Assembly: GCA_051362555.1 (NCBI GenBank)
Contig: CM120642.1
Location: forward strand, 10,726,001 to 10,790,000
DNA: 64,000 nucleotides
Direction of reading: 5' to 3'
From: Lingula anatina
Lineage: Eukaryota; Animalia; Brachiopoda
Position 1 is the stretch's first letter, and every line of letters begins with the position of its first letter. The notes beneath the pieces are model-generated. The model saw nothing but the letters and a program-made list of their open reading frames with translations, made no database searches and was not told where the DNA came from. Below are positions 39,001-51,335 of the stretch, piece after piece. A program made the position numbers and the translations under genes.

Positions 39001-39703
39001 AGCCTCCAAGTGACCTTAGGCCTGTTCAGTGTTATATTGTATTATCAGCATGTTGATAACTTGGATGAGTTCAATTGTTCAATCAATTACTGTTATTGAC
39101 AGTACTTATCATTCAGTCTCGCACATCAATAGCAGCTGAGGAGAATTATGATTATATAATTCCTATAAAATGGTTCTTAAATAATTATACAATATTGATA
39201 TTAAGCCTGCTGTTTACGTTCAAAATCATCAAGTTGCTTTCAGATTTGTCAAAATGGCTAAATAACTGCCAAAAACATTAGTTTACTAGTTATCTGAAAA
39301 AAAAAAAAAAAACTCACTCGGTTTCATTCAAAATCTTTTTACAGGTCATGGTTGAATTTTCCTTGTGTGTCACATTTTCAGTGTTGTCTAAACATCCATG
39401 GTCTCCATAGTGAATCTCCTGGGCCATAGGCTGGGTCACTATGGCCAAGGTATACCTAAAATATTGAGTAAAATGTGACATAGATGTTCTATAACAGAAT
39501 GTTATACCCGTAGATAGAACCACATACTAGTAATTTGGCTATATATTAATGACGGTATGTACAAATTCATTCTAACATACATGTACAGAGTACAGCACAT
39601 ATTACCTGTCAAGCTGGTTAAGAAGATATGCAATGAGCAGCAAAAGCAGTACATAGAGACTGTACAAACTTGCCGATCGCAACTTGAGTGCACTGTCCGC
39701 CAT
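33065..39703 (-). CDS. Major facilitator superfamily transporter, spinster-like (~520 aa)
   Basis: Exons 39703-39606, 39455-39318, 38626-38360, 35708-35546, 35200-34981, 34638-34442, 34247-34163, 33817-33632 and 33273-33065 (1563 nt, all phases match). Motifs YLLNQLDR, GFAADQYNRK (MFS motif A-like), RFGLGFGEAG, LIADYF, GWRWVF. Confidence 0.92.
35849..37875 (-). mobile_element. 5'-truncated non-LTR retrotransposon (LINE; RTEX/L2-Crack-like ORF2) in MFS intron 3
   Basis: RT motifs NYRGI, NQIGF, FVDFSSAFD, GVKQGCVLSP, YADD, YLG; C-terminal C-x2-C...EDEFH...C; AATAAA on the minus strand at ~35852-35857. Clade assignment is tentative. Confidence 0.9.
36079..37869 (-). CDS. LINE reverse transcriptase ORF2 fragment (open frame, no native start)
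   Basis: The 513-aa ORF in the track extends in frame upstream to PKNYRGIAISSNVCK at ~37869 with no stops. Confidence 0.85.
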   Translation of the reverse strand, partial: PKNYRGIAISSNVCKLFCQILNSRINKFIYKNRIIPENQIGFTKGARTSDHLLTLKTLIDKYINKASKSKFYVCFVDFSSAFDMVWRNALLHKLILSNFSSKFINIIHSMYSSTQFSIICNNKLTKPINSTVGVKQGCVLSPSLFNLFLSDLPNIFDVNKENDPAYLNNKPVSCLMYADDLVLISQSAQGLQHSLNLLHNYCTKWKLIINIAKTKIMIFNKAGHLLKTNQFMLGTNPVENTSEYCYLGLTFTPSGKFTKAMEDVKNKALKVFFKLRNQLFSAPTKIALKLFKSLLLPILSYGCEIWAPYLLRNLTIEKFLNICEKPPAELVHLKTCKTILGINKNSTNHAARGELGSFPILIQLLSLSTKYWCHLYKTIYNGQSTLVTDALIENRSLSSSGVFTWSSGIKTVLNMNNLGNLWSNPVSVSGKIAQTLTKKSLHSVYQDQWATLMSKTGSDNKLRTYVKFKKEFVCENYTHMAPKNITANFCKLRVSAHNLSIERGRYCKPKIPAELRLCKLCDSNKVEDEFHLLLECKAYDSLRDSFRGQLSDFLPLGDISNNKLFNLLMGAQDIDILRMVMCFVNRCLKQREQALY

Positions 39704-40531
39704 ACTGATCTACGCAGTGGACAATGAAGGCCCTAAAAATTATATGAAAGGATTGAGGTTGTGGCACATAGCATAACTATTCAATTTAAATAAAATTAGA
39801 CTTTTTAAAAATTTTCACTCCTTCGTTCTCTCCAACATCCAACTTTAGAGGTTCTAATGGACGCAATGTAAATTTTCACTAATAGCTGGTATCTCTCTTG
39901 GTTTTTGTCCTTCACCTTTAACATCAGTGACGATGTGTATAATGTCTAGGCAATTTAACTGATGATAGTTCAATGTCTCAGTGTGTAAACATGTTTTACT
40001 ACCAGTGGAAGGTGTATAAGTACAGGGGTATATGATTTTAATTTTTAAATAATGGAGCAAATTAGGGAGAAAAAAAAGTAAATTTGAGAAAAAAAAATAA
40101 GGTACAAATAAAGCAATACATATATAGGTATATGTACTGTATATGTACTGCACAGGTATTTATAACAAGGTCATCATAGTTGTGGATAATAAGAAATTAA
40201 GGATTTCACCTAAGTTAAACAAGATAAATATAAAGCACACAACTGAAAAACACACAGGCTACAGCTGTAATGCCATACATACAGACTGCAGAACTTTATA
40301 ACATCTAACAAGAAATATCTAATAAATGTTCTTCTAAACTATGCAAATATTCAGGCACGTGCCTATAATTTCATTAATCATTAATTTAACCACAGCTCTG
40401 CATACATGTTGAAGACGAAAAGACTACTCTGTACATGTAGTTTTTAGCAAAATGAAGAATTAAATGTTCTGCAAATTAACATACAAAACGACAATTCTGT
40501 ACTTACACTAGTCAAGATTATAATATCTTAC

Positions 40532-40753
40532 CTGTTACCCTGCTTGTGCTTCTACCAAGTAAACTGTATTTAAAAAATCTAAGTTATGCTCATGTATTCT
40601 GAACCGTTGTCTTAAGAACCTGACTCATATTTACGTAAAGTCGGTCTGTGCATGTGACAATCCTAAACAGGAAGCTGCAAACTGGGCATGCTCGCAAACT
40701 TATCAACATCCGGAATCCAAGCCGGTGGAAATTCACCGAGTACCCTCACAGAA
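40532..40753. promoter_or_regulatory. Probable bidirectional promoter / 5' non-coding exon region shared by the MFS gene and WDR31
   Basis: Minus-strand CAG|GTAAG donor at 40532/40531 could splice to the acceptor at 39733, just upstream of the MFS ATG; WDR31 ATG at 40754; ETS-like CAGGAAG and CCGGAA cores lie between. Confidence 0.55.
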
Positions 40754-43700
40754 ATGGGTAAATTATTGAGCAAAAGCAAAGGAAGTAGGAGAAACTGGTA
40801 AACATTTAAAATTCTGCATATCTAATTTATTATTCACTTAAGCATAGAAGGGCACTGATGTTCTTAATAAGCATTTCGTATAATAAATAAATGTGCTGTA
40901 TCTAACTTTCAAAATGAATTTTTCTTTGTTCATTAGCATTAAGTTTTTTATCAGACACAGTAAATGGGAGTACTTACGCATAAAACGTCGTGCCTCTTTG
41001 TCTGCAGCATGTTTGATTTGTTTGCTCATAATTGCAATTAAAAGTACTTGCACCGTGACCGTATGAAAATACATGATAAACCAAAATGGCAGTATTTTAA
41101 CTTCATTCTGTTTCTTGTCGTGTTCTCAAGCGCTTATGAGGCAGTTAGCGGCACTGAGAGAAACATGGCAGAGGAGACAGATAGCACCTGTCGGTTACGC
41201 CAGTACTCTCCTATACACACTGAGGCTGTCACAAGTTTAGCTGCTGTGCACCCTGGAGCTGTTATTACAGGGAGTAAAGACCAGGTAAAGTACAGGTGTG
41301 CATGTATCTGCAGTGCACCCAAGAACTTTGCCTCAGTTTTCAGCGTACTTAATTACCACAGGTACCCGGTAAGACCTCATAGCACCCTGTTTTACAGTAC
41401 AAGCTCTTGAGGCTATAAATATTCACACGGGAATCAGATTGTATTTGACTCATGCATTTCCATTGAATATTGACCTTACTTGAGTATTGGATAGGCACGT
41501 GATTTAACCATGATCTTATTGCCAAAATAATTGATAAATTTTCTCTCTATTTATTCATTTAGTCTGTGGTTTGGTATGATTATGATAATGGCAGTGAGAT
41601 ATCCAGATGGAATGGGCATGACAAAGAAGTCACTAAGGTATGTTCACTGTATACACTGTATATGGGTAAGTTTGGACTCTCCAGATGTTGCCTTTTCTGA
41701 GGCTGAAATGAGGTTTTGTAATGAAATGCATGCTTGCTCAAAATGCTGACATAAAATGCATTAGATTCTTTTAAGATTTTAATTCACATTATAATCTAAA
41801 AAACAATAGATATGCTTGCATAAATTCCTTTAAATGATATGTGTTGTTAATCGGAATTTCAGACCATGAAAGAAAGGCATGAAATGTTTTGATATTATAC
41901 AATTGAGACAGTTATGCATAATTATTAATTTGTTTTGTTTAAAGGAAAGGCCCAAACTCCTTTCCATCCTTCTGCAATGTCTAAAGACATCCTATTGGAT
42001 AACAAGCCTCTTTATTACCATTAGGCTGCCTACATCCAATTTTCAAAAGGGAAATTTTTACTCAGCTCCTCTCCTCCATCTTCCCATGTAATACAGAGAG
42101 TAAAACAACATGAGAATCATATATGGTGTCATATACTTGAGTTGTGTCTTGTAAAGAAAGGGAGCAGAAAGCAAAAATGGCTGATTATTATTATTATTAT
42201 TTTTAAGCTCTGTGCCCACTTATACCCTTGATATGTCAGATTTAATTAACCATTATATGATTTTACATTCTCTTTAGGTTGCTTATGCCCATCATTTGAA
42301 CAAGGTGTTCTCAGCCTCCAGAGACAGGACAGTGAAATCATGGCAGCCTGGGCAGTCCCAGCCACAGCACACATTCCAGGGACATGAACTGGTAGTCACA
42401 GCTCTATCTCTACAACCCATGGGTAAGATTGTTGTCATAGGTATTTCTTTTTGGTGCCTGTTGCAGAATGGCAATTGTTTTGGCAATTGTGATTTTTTCA
42501 GCTCCCAGTACACAAGAAATATAGGAGAAAAAAGCATGCTGTTTATCAGAATATATATTTCAAATGAGTCATACACTACTAAAATTTCTCTTTCTGTCTA
42601 TGTAGGGCTAGCAGAATTTTTGTCATATAATATAATTTGAGATATAAATATGTTATATATTATACTTAGGTACAAGTAATTTTGATTAAGTCTATGGTAT
42701 TTTAGGACATGGAATCTCACAAACCGATTGTTGTATTAGATAGTTTGTCGTGAAAAGTTACATTGTTTACAGTGTCTGTATAAAGCAAGTGTTATTTTTA
42801 TAACCAGACAACAGTCAGATGATCTCAGGGTCAAGAGACAATGCGCTGAGACTGTGGGATTTACAAACTGGAGATTGTCTCAAGGAAAGTAAAGTGTCAC
42901 GGAACCTGGTGACAGATATCAGTTGGGCCAAGAACATGGACGCTGTGGCTCAGGTTGGAGAAGACAAGGAACTCAAGTGAGTGCTGTGTGTAAATGAGAA
43001 CAGGTTATCTATGTAACTGAATTCAAAGTTGAATCTAATTAAAATGTGTAATTTTAATTAGCTTTTTAAGGGTTTGTGGGATAATGAAAAACATGCAGGC
43101 ATACTTATATTATTAACAATCTCCAATGGAAACTAATGCGTTAGGTTTTTGTGTGTGAGTGAGTGTGTGTGCAGGAAGAGGGAGGAGGGGAGACGAGGGT
43201 CATCCTTCACTTTTATATAAGCAGCAGGCTTCTTTACCCTGGCCTCCTTTACAAATAAGGAGAAAAGAAACAATGAGGCTTTTAGTACATTTGATAAATA
43301 TGGTGAGGTACACAAGTGACTTAATTTTTGTCAAATCGAACAAATTTTTCACCTTCAGCTAACACTATTTCTCATTCAGGATCTGGGATCCAAGAACTCT
43401 GGAAGTGGTCCACTGTTTTCAGCGTAAACAGTATATTCAAACATGCTGTGATCTTACAGAAGATGGAAACTACTGTCTCACATGTAGTAATGGGTTCTCT
43501 GGAAATGGGTGTGAAGTAACGGTGAGTATTGTGCCCAAATTACATTCCCTGTATTACTGGGTTTTCTGGAAAGGTATCCTAAATCTGCAGAAATCGTAGT
43601 TTCTACTGTGAATGTGCATTGCAAATGTGAATTTTATGTAAGTAAGTTCATTTAGAAAAGAATTTTATCCAGTGAATTTTATATAATAAAATGTTTTTTA

Positions 43701-45015
43701 TGGAACATGCTCTTGATTATTATCAAATTTTGTTTTCTTATTTGACAACTGAAACCACCATGTTATCATGCTGATATAATCATGAGGAATATATCTGATA
43801 TCAAAATCTTTATTGGAACATTGGAAATTAAAATATAAACTGCAATTAATTTTTTTTGGACATCAGATAGTTTTCTTTTGATCATAAATCAATTGGCCCA
43901 TCTCTTTTGTTCTATTCCCCTTTATTTAAAATACATCACCCACATTTTCCTTCAGCTTTGGGACATGAGAGCCAAGAGCCTGGTTTGTGAGTACAAAGGT
44001 CACACTGAGACAGTGGGAGCCTGTATGTTTCTCCCTGGGGTAGCAGACAGGAGTTTGATAGCCTCTGCATCCAGTGACTGCACTGTCAGGATATGGGACA
44101 GGGAAACCACAGGTAGGTGCTGGGTACTAGGGCAGGTAGGGGAGTTCTTCTACCTTCTTTTGTAGACTAAATTAAGATATGATAGAATTTCAACTTTTTT
44201 TCCCTCCAGGAATTAATTTTAACTTGTGATTTAGATTTATAAGACATTTTTCCATTAGCCCATTTTATTTATTTATTTATAAATTATTATTATTATGACT
44301 AAACATAATCCTGCTTGTTTTATGGTGGATGTACATTTTAAATGATGAAAATATGTTAATTGATAATTGGATTTTTCCAAAACCTTTATGTATTTTTTTA
44401 TGTTTTCATTGAAATAGCCTAGGCAAGCATTATATACAATACCATTTGGATTTTATTTGTCTGTTCATCCATCTGTACTAAAGATTACATTTTAAAGTAA
44501 AATGTATTATAAAGTACTTCTAGACATTAAAAATGTGTACAAAATTTCAGAATGTGTAGGACAAGAAGTAATAGCAGGGTCTGGTCCTCTGACCTCTATG
44601 GTGGCATACCATGACGGAAGGTAGGTGACATGAATTTCAACAAATTCTTAAAGTGTGAAAATTAATTATTTTGATAGTTATCTCTCACTCTCTCTCTCTG
44701 CATGTGTGAGTGAATAATTTCCTTTTGGTATCAGTGTCACATCTTTTCCAGTGATGAGTTTTAATTTATTTTTAAATAGAAATTCTTGTTTTTCACATCA
44801 AAAACTACATGTATTATATCACAAAGACATGTATTATGAAGGACATTATGATTAAATGTATGCTCAATAGGCTGCATTTTGAAAAAAAAATTGTCTTATC
44901 ATAATTTTTCCTTTTTAGTATATGTGTGTCCAGCTTCAATGCAGGTATACACGTCTTTTCCATAAAGGAGGATACAAATGGACAACTGAGCTTAGAGAGA
45001 CGATTCCAATTCTAA
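40754..45015 (+). CDS. WDR31: WD repeat-containing protein 31 (~350 aa)
   Basis: Exons 40754-40797, 41131-41284, 41563-41637, 42278-42422, 42808-42976, 43380-43521, 43956-44112, 44551-44620 and 44919-45015 (1053 nt). MGKLLSK start, YSPIH, FSASRDR, SRNLVT, CSNGFSGNGCE, CEYKGH, GSGPLTS and SFNAGIH match the recalled WDR31 sequence. Confidence 0.92.
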
Positions 45016-47257
45016 ATATTTTCACTGGCCATTGAGATGAACCTAAGATATGAAGTGGTTGATATTCCCAGTGAGGTGTTAGGCTTTGACAGGTGATTGC
45101 TGCTTAATATGGAGTAATTCTGTTTACACCTACTTCAGCACTGCTGCCACAAAGATGATATGTACTGTTTGTTTACATGGGAGTGTTTAAACTCGTACTA
45201 GAAAATAATTATTGGACCAACATCAAAACGGTTTGTAAAACATGTCATTGAACGTGTATCATATCTTTTATTAAAATTCATGACCATTAGAGCAGATAGC
45301 TGTTTGGTTAATATTTATTTGATATTTTTCAGGTGAAATTTATCATATTTTTTACAAATGCATAATATATTATATATTAGAAAAGCACCAGATACTTGAA
45401 AGTGTTCAAAATTTACAAGCTTTCCGTCCAAGTGATATTCAGTGGAGTTTCCATTGCTCGACTGCACTAAGCACAACCACAGCATCTAGGATTTACTTAT
45501 CACAATCAGCCAGGCAATGTTGTTTTTTACTATATTGTAGTATTTGTTTCATTCCATATCTTAATTACATAAAGAGGAATTTATTTTATGAAAAGTAGTA
45601 TAACATAGTTGTTAACTTTTTTTTCATAAATATAATATAATCTTGCAAAATTATTTTTATAATCATTTTTAATTTCATCTGCTTGGTATTTTCTATGTAT
45701 TGATAGGTATTAACTAGAAAAGTTTTGTAGACACTTAGATATTATACACACTGTGCTTATTATGGTCATACTCTTTGTTTGCAGTTGTTGAGTCATGTAA
45801 TTAGCACTCTCAGTACATTTTTCATTCAGTTTCACTCTCAGTCAAAGGTTTTTAGGATTTACGAACATAAAACACTGTTTAACCTGTAATGCATACAAGC
45901 AGTCTAATTTAATTGCTTGTAATTGAAAGTCCCGATCATTTCTAGCCAAGCTAAGCACAATATTTTTGGTTGTATTTGATACTGAAAGAAAGAAACATTA
46001 GACCATACATGGTAAGTAGGCCTGAGAAATCACAGAAAAAAGACGCTGACTTTGGCTAGTGCAATAACCTGCACCCTGTTTTTCTTTTTTTTTTTATTTG
46101 AAATAATTGTTGATTGCTGAGACACCAGTTAAATTAATGAAGATTACTTTATATAGTGAAGGAAAACATGAAATGTTTCCAAAATATTTTACTTTATCAC
46201 ACAAGAATAACATGTAGAAAACATCATAGATTACCTGAAAAAACATTTTTTAATTAAATGGAGTATTGAACATGATTAAATGGTGTATTGCATGATGAGG
46301 ACAATAATTGAAATACATAAAATTACTGAAATGAGATGAGGTAAATTGTCAGCGCTGAACATGCTCAGACCATTCCCCTTAAGCCACTAGTGTCAGTAAC
46401 ATAAATCTGGGAAAACTGTACAAGTACAGAATGTCAATCTTATCACAACCATGCATTTATAAAATATGTTTACAAACATAGGTGCATAAAGTTATAGTCT
46501 TTAGGAAAGATATTATTTGTATTTCACCGGTGTTTTGTATTGTGCCAATTCTGCTTCTGATGGTCAAACGCACGGTCAGAGTTATATTTATAAATGATTG
46601 TATCAAATCAATCTGAACCGGTGATGTGCTGAGTGATATTTTACCAAGTGGCGCCCTCTATTGAGAGACGTCTTAATGGTTAACTGCCAGTCACATAAGA
46701 TCACCCAAATGGGAAGGATGGTGAATTTCTCCTCATTGCAAAAGTGGAACAATATGTGGAAAATGTGCTTTTAAGGCCAAAAAAGAAGAAATACAGTTTT
46801 GATACACATAAGATCTTAAGGAAGGTCAAATTTTAAAATGGCAGTTAATGATAGACCGATATGGAATCATACAACGAGATTGTCCTATTAGCAAGATCTA
46901 TATTCATGCGTCTGATGCACGCTTACAGAGACGAGAACATTTTGCACTTGTAGGTAAACTTGATTGCTGAAATACACATCACACTGTCAAACAAACAAAA
47001 GAATATAATGAATAAAGACAACCATAGTTCTCAAAAGTTGATTGTGTATAATAGATTGCAACAGACTGCCATGTTAGCCTTCCTTGAGCCGCTTCAACCC
47101 CACCGGGTCCCTCCTAGTGGGCAATGTTGCCTGCGAGAATATATGAAGAAGGCTCAGGGTAACTTGAAAGGAACATCCAGAAAGTCTTCACCTGTTTTCC
47201 ATAGTGACTGAATTAAAAGATATATGTAACGTCAATATATAACGTACGGTGTACGCA

Positions 47258-48884
47258 TCATGCAACTTTTGCTCCAAATGCTGTGATGAAAATGTTGAGA
47301 ACAAGAATAAGAAGTAGAACAAGCTCGGAACCATTAGAGAGTTTTTCTGCCAACAATTTCCTTTTCAATTTTTTTATGTGTCGTTTTGCTTCCTTTGCGA
47401 ACTCTTCTTCGTCATTTCGGTAGTCTTCCTGATTAGGAGCCGGGCCGATCTTAACATGGCCGTACATAGCCTAAAATAACAAAGATTTTGAATTTTTATA
47501 TTGTAAAGTGTTAACATTGATAACAGCAATTTCTCCTTTGGAATCTACCTTTTACCATCAAAAATGGGTGGGATAGATTTTTTTTATTTAAGCAAACAAA
47601 ATTGTGGTTGTGTAAAGATTCGGAGCCGAGATTAATGCGATGTGATTTCAAGACTGAACGCATAAATTTTGAAGACATTGTAAAGGGGTTATCCCTAAAA
47701 TCCGTTTTGGTACATTGTCACAGCTTTCAATTTCTAAATACATGTGTACAAAACGTACATCAAACCAAAGCATCCAGGCCAGAATCAGCTGTAGTACCAC
47801 ACAGATAATAAGTAGCACAAGGACCACGTAGAACTTTACATCACGTGTGGTGGTTTGGAGAAGAGTGTCCATGCGCCCTGCGTTTGCTACCATGAGAGAG
47901 ACATCTATTAATCTGGAAAACATAAGGTACAAAACATATTCTGATGTATATATTCACAATTATATGCTGATATATGAAAGAGAGAGAGAGAGAGATTAGC
48001 AATTACTTTTCAATACAATAAAATATCCTGAAAGATCACAGATAAAGATTATCATAGTTATCAGTTTTGCTTTCTTTTTAAGTAGTATCGCTTCGTGTTA
48101 AATAATAGGCAGTGTCTGATCAGCACTATGATGCTTATCTTGAAATTTACTTTACGTTAATACCGTATAAAAGAATTGCCTCAAACGTTTAGGGTCTCAA
48201 TCATTCGAGCGAAATTAACAATCAACACAGGATATATATCCTTTGTCGCGAGTAAATAAAATTATTATCATGTTTTTGACCTTGAGTGCCAAACATCACT
48301 GGCCAGATCAACCTGATAGGATTCAAAATTTGGATCCAAGGTCAGAAAAAAAACCGCAGCTAGTTGTTGTCCCCTTGAAACGTGACAGCGGCATCGTTTT
48401 TTATGAACAAAGTCAGTTTTAATTCCTCCGTTGATAGCTCTAAAACAATGAGAGTAATACAGAGACAAGTACCTGAAGTACGTGCACTTAAACTAAAATC
48501 ATAGCGAGTGTAAATCAAAACCACATGTAGCCTATCAACGTCACGTACACACCAGATATTACCATAGGGCCTTATCATACTTGTTGTTTAATTCCATAAA
48601 TTAATTTTCAGTTTACCCAACCTTCTATTGGATTAGAACTACATGTATAAAACCAATCCCACTCAATTCAATTCCCACATATGTGAAGATATATAAGGAG
48701 AAAATTTACTGAAGGGGTCAGAAGGTGAGTTAGCTGTCTAGTGAGCTACTGTGAACTGATATTTAAAAAATAAAGCATGGCGGATTTAGGGGGAAGGGAG
48801 AGTCAGTTTCTGAAAAAAAATCACACCGATATTCCCCTATATTCCCCTCTTGAAAGTATAACTTTGACTGACCGTACCAAATTA

Positions 48885-48923
<39 letters not shown>

Positions 48924-49794
48924 AAATGCCAAAATTGTCACACTTGAGTTAAAGAGGATAAAGAGCACTTTTTAATTAATTGCCTCTATACAGAAAGGAA
49001 CTCCTTCAAGTAGAACGAAGTGGAAACTCATGTTTTACATATTTGAACAACTATGTCAAATTCTCCTTCATAATGAACAACCCAAACAAGACAGTGATAA
49101 TATCTTTGGCCTTTTGAGAAAAGAAAATGTGCTACGTGTACCACTTTGTAGTGTTTACAATCATACAATTACACAATTATAATTATACAATTATACAATG
49201 ATATAAATAATACAAAGGTCCATTTCATATACTAGGAAACTGTATAATGTGCAGATCTATGTAGCTGTTATCCACGTGCATGTAGGCCTACATGTATAAT
49301 AACACTTATTCTTTTTTATCTCTGTACATATAGGCCTACATATACATGTACATTCACACCGGCCTAGTTTGATGTAAAAAGTATGAATAAAGGATATTAT
49401 TTATATATTGCTGTATTGTTAAGCAACATAAAAGGCCTGCCAAAATTCCAGAGACCCCGTAATATAAAAATTTCCAGTAACTTTTAATATGTATAAACGA
49501 CCCAGTCATGTACATGTAACTAGGTTAACATAGCATATTCACAGTATTCCTAGATTCTCTGGACTCGTTCATCTGATTGTCTGCGTACATTTAATTCAGT
49601 GCTATGAGGCCTACATAGATTGTCAGTCTTACCCTTTACTGGCATGTTTCTTCCGCAAAAGATTACTAACAGCATTTCCCATAGTAGTTTGTATCCGGTG
49701 GGACAAGGGTATATTAATATTTCAGCCCTTACCCTTTAGCGAAATGCTTCTTCTTATTGTAGATTTCATCGGCTTGCGGTTGAGGATTAGCCAT
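47258..49794 (-). CDS. Ninjurin-like protein, paralog A (~142 aa)
   Basis: Exons 49794-49733 (alternative 49682-49633), 47912-47759 and 47470-47258. YNKKKHFAKGLIDVSLMVANAGRM matches the ninjurin Y..KK....DIALLMANA motif; TM1 ...VVLQLI; TM2 ending LNIFITAFG. Confidence 0.82.
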
Positions 49795-51335
49795 CACGAT
49801 GAAATGTCGAGACACAGAAGACTGTACCAGGTTCCTCGTTCAAAATCTTATCATACTTTAGGCGGCCTATTGGTAGAGTAAAAAGACGCGAGTAAACAAG
49901 GACGTGTATGTAGTTTAGTAGGTCAATGGCGGTGAAGTGTATGTAAATATTTTTGTACGATATACGCGGCACGTCGTTTACTTAGTGCGCTTGCCTCATA
50001 TACAGGTAATCCTTGTGGAGACCCAGTTGAAAAATAGTTTGCTTAAGGTATTTTTTCTGCAGATATCATTGTATTCGGGGTTTACATGAAAAGGGGGTGT
50101 TTTTTTAAGGAAAAAAGCTATGGTTAAACTTACATGCTGGTACATTTTTATTTATCTATCCTACATGTAGGCCATGCATCCATTTCGATAAACTATTTTT
50201 TAACATTTAATTCAACAAAACTATCAGCGAAAGAAAACCATTTATGCAACAAGCGTTACCCCAGTATTTCTATGAATTGACATGACAGTACAATGTTATA
50301 TATCTGCATCGGTCAAACCTGAGTTTCATAGGTCACGGTTGCTACAACTGGAAACGGTAGAGTTATGCTTACAGATAATAGAGCAGAATTTCCAGCAACA
50401 TCTGTTCTTAAGGGGGGGGGGGGTAGTTTCATATTTTTATTTCCCTGAAACTCTACATATGGGTAAATGTATTAGAAATAGCTAAAATTATTTAGATAGT
50501 GGAGTTATATAATAAAAGCGGCCTTGTTTGGCCAAACTTCGTACAACCTATATTCTTTATGTCCTTCTTTCTTGATGTGAGTGGGACTATGAAGGTTTGT
50601 GGTAAACTGGGATGGAGGAGACATAAACAACAAGACGTGTTCTTCAAAACGAAATCTCATTTTATTTGCACAACAGAAACATGGCATCTAAAGATTGCCT
50701 GAATAAGACTGGTTTTGATCACATGAAGTGTTATTTTTTTATTTTTTTATTTATTTTATTTTTTTGCAAAACGAAAAAAAAACAGAAAACACACAACAGT
50801 CAAATCTATATGTAGAATCGTTTGCATCAAATCTGAACTAGTTATGTGCTGTGCGATACACCCCCAAGTAGTGACCTCCTTTGGTAGATGTCAAACTGTT
50901 AACTCGTGAAAGTTTCGCCAAAAAAAACAACAAAATAATGAATACAATTGATTTTTAGGAAAAATAGAGATTTTGCATTGGCAATTAATATTAGACCTAC
51001 AAGTATATGACATTATACGAGGCCTTATGCAATATTTAAAGCTTCTGATGCACGCTTAAAAATTCAGTTTCATTTTGGACTTCTATGTGAAGTTGTTTGA
51101 CAAAGTACAAATCACAATGAGAAATAAAACAAAAATGTAAATGAAATAAAATCACACAATAGTTCAAATTTGACAATGTTACATAGCTTAAAACGCTGAG
51201 TGTCGCGTTAGCGGCCCAGATGCAACCAGCTGGCAAGATTGTCTCCTATTCAAAAATGGAAGGTTTACTGTAAATTGGAATGAACATCCAGTCAATTAGC
51301 CGTACGTACCGTAACGTCAGCGTATATAATGATGT

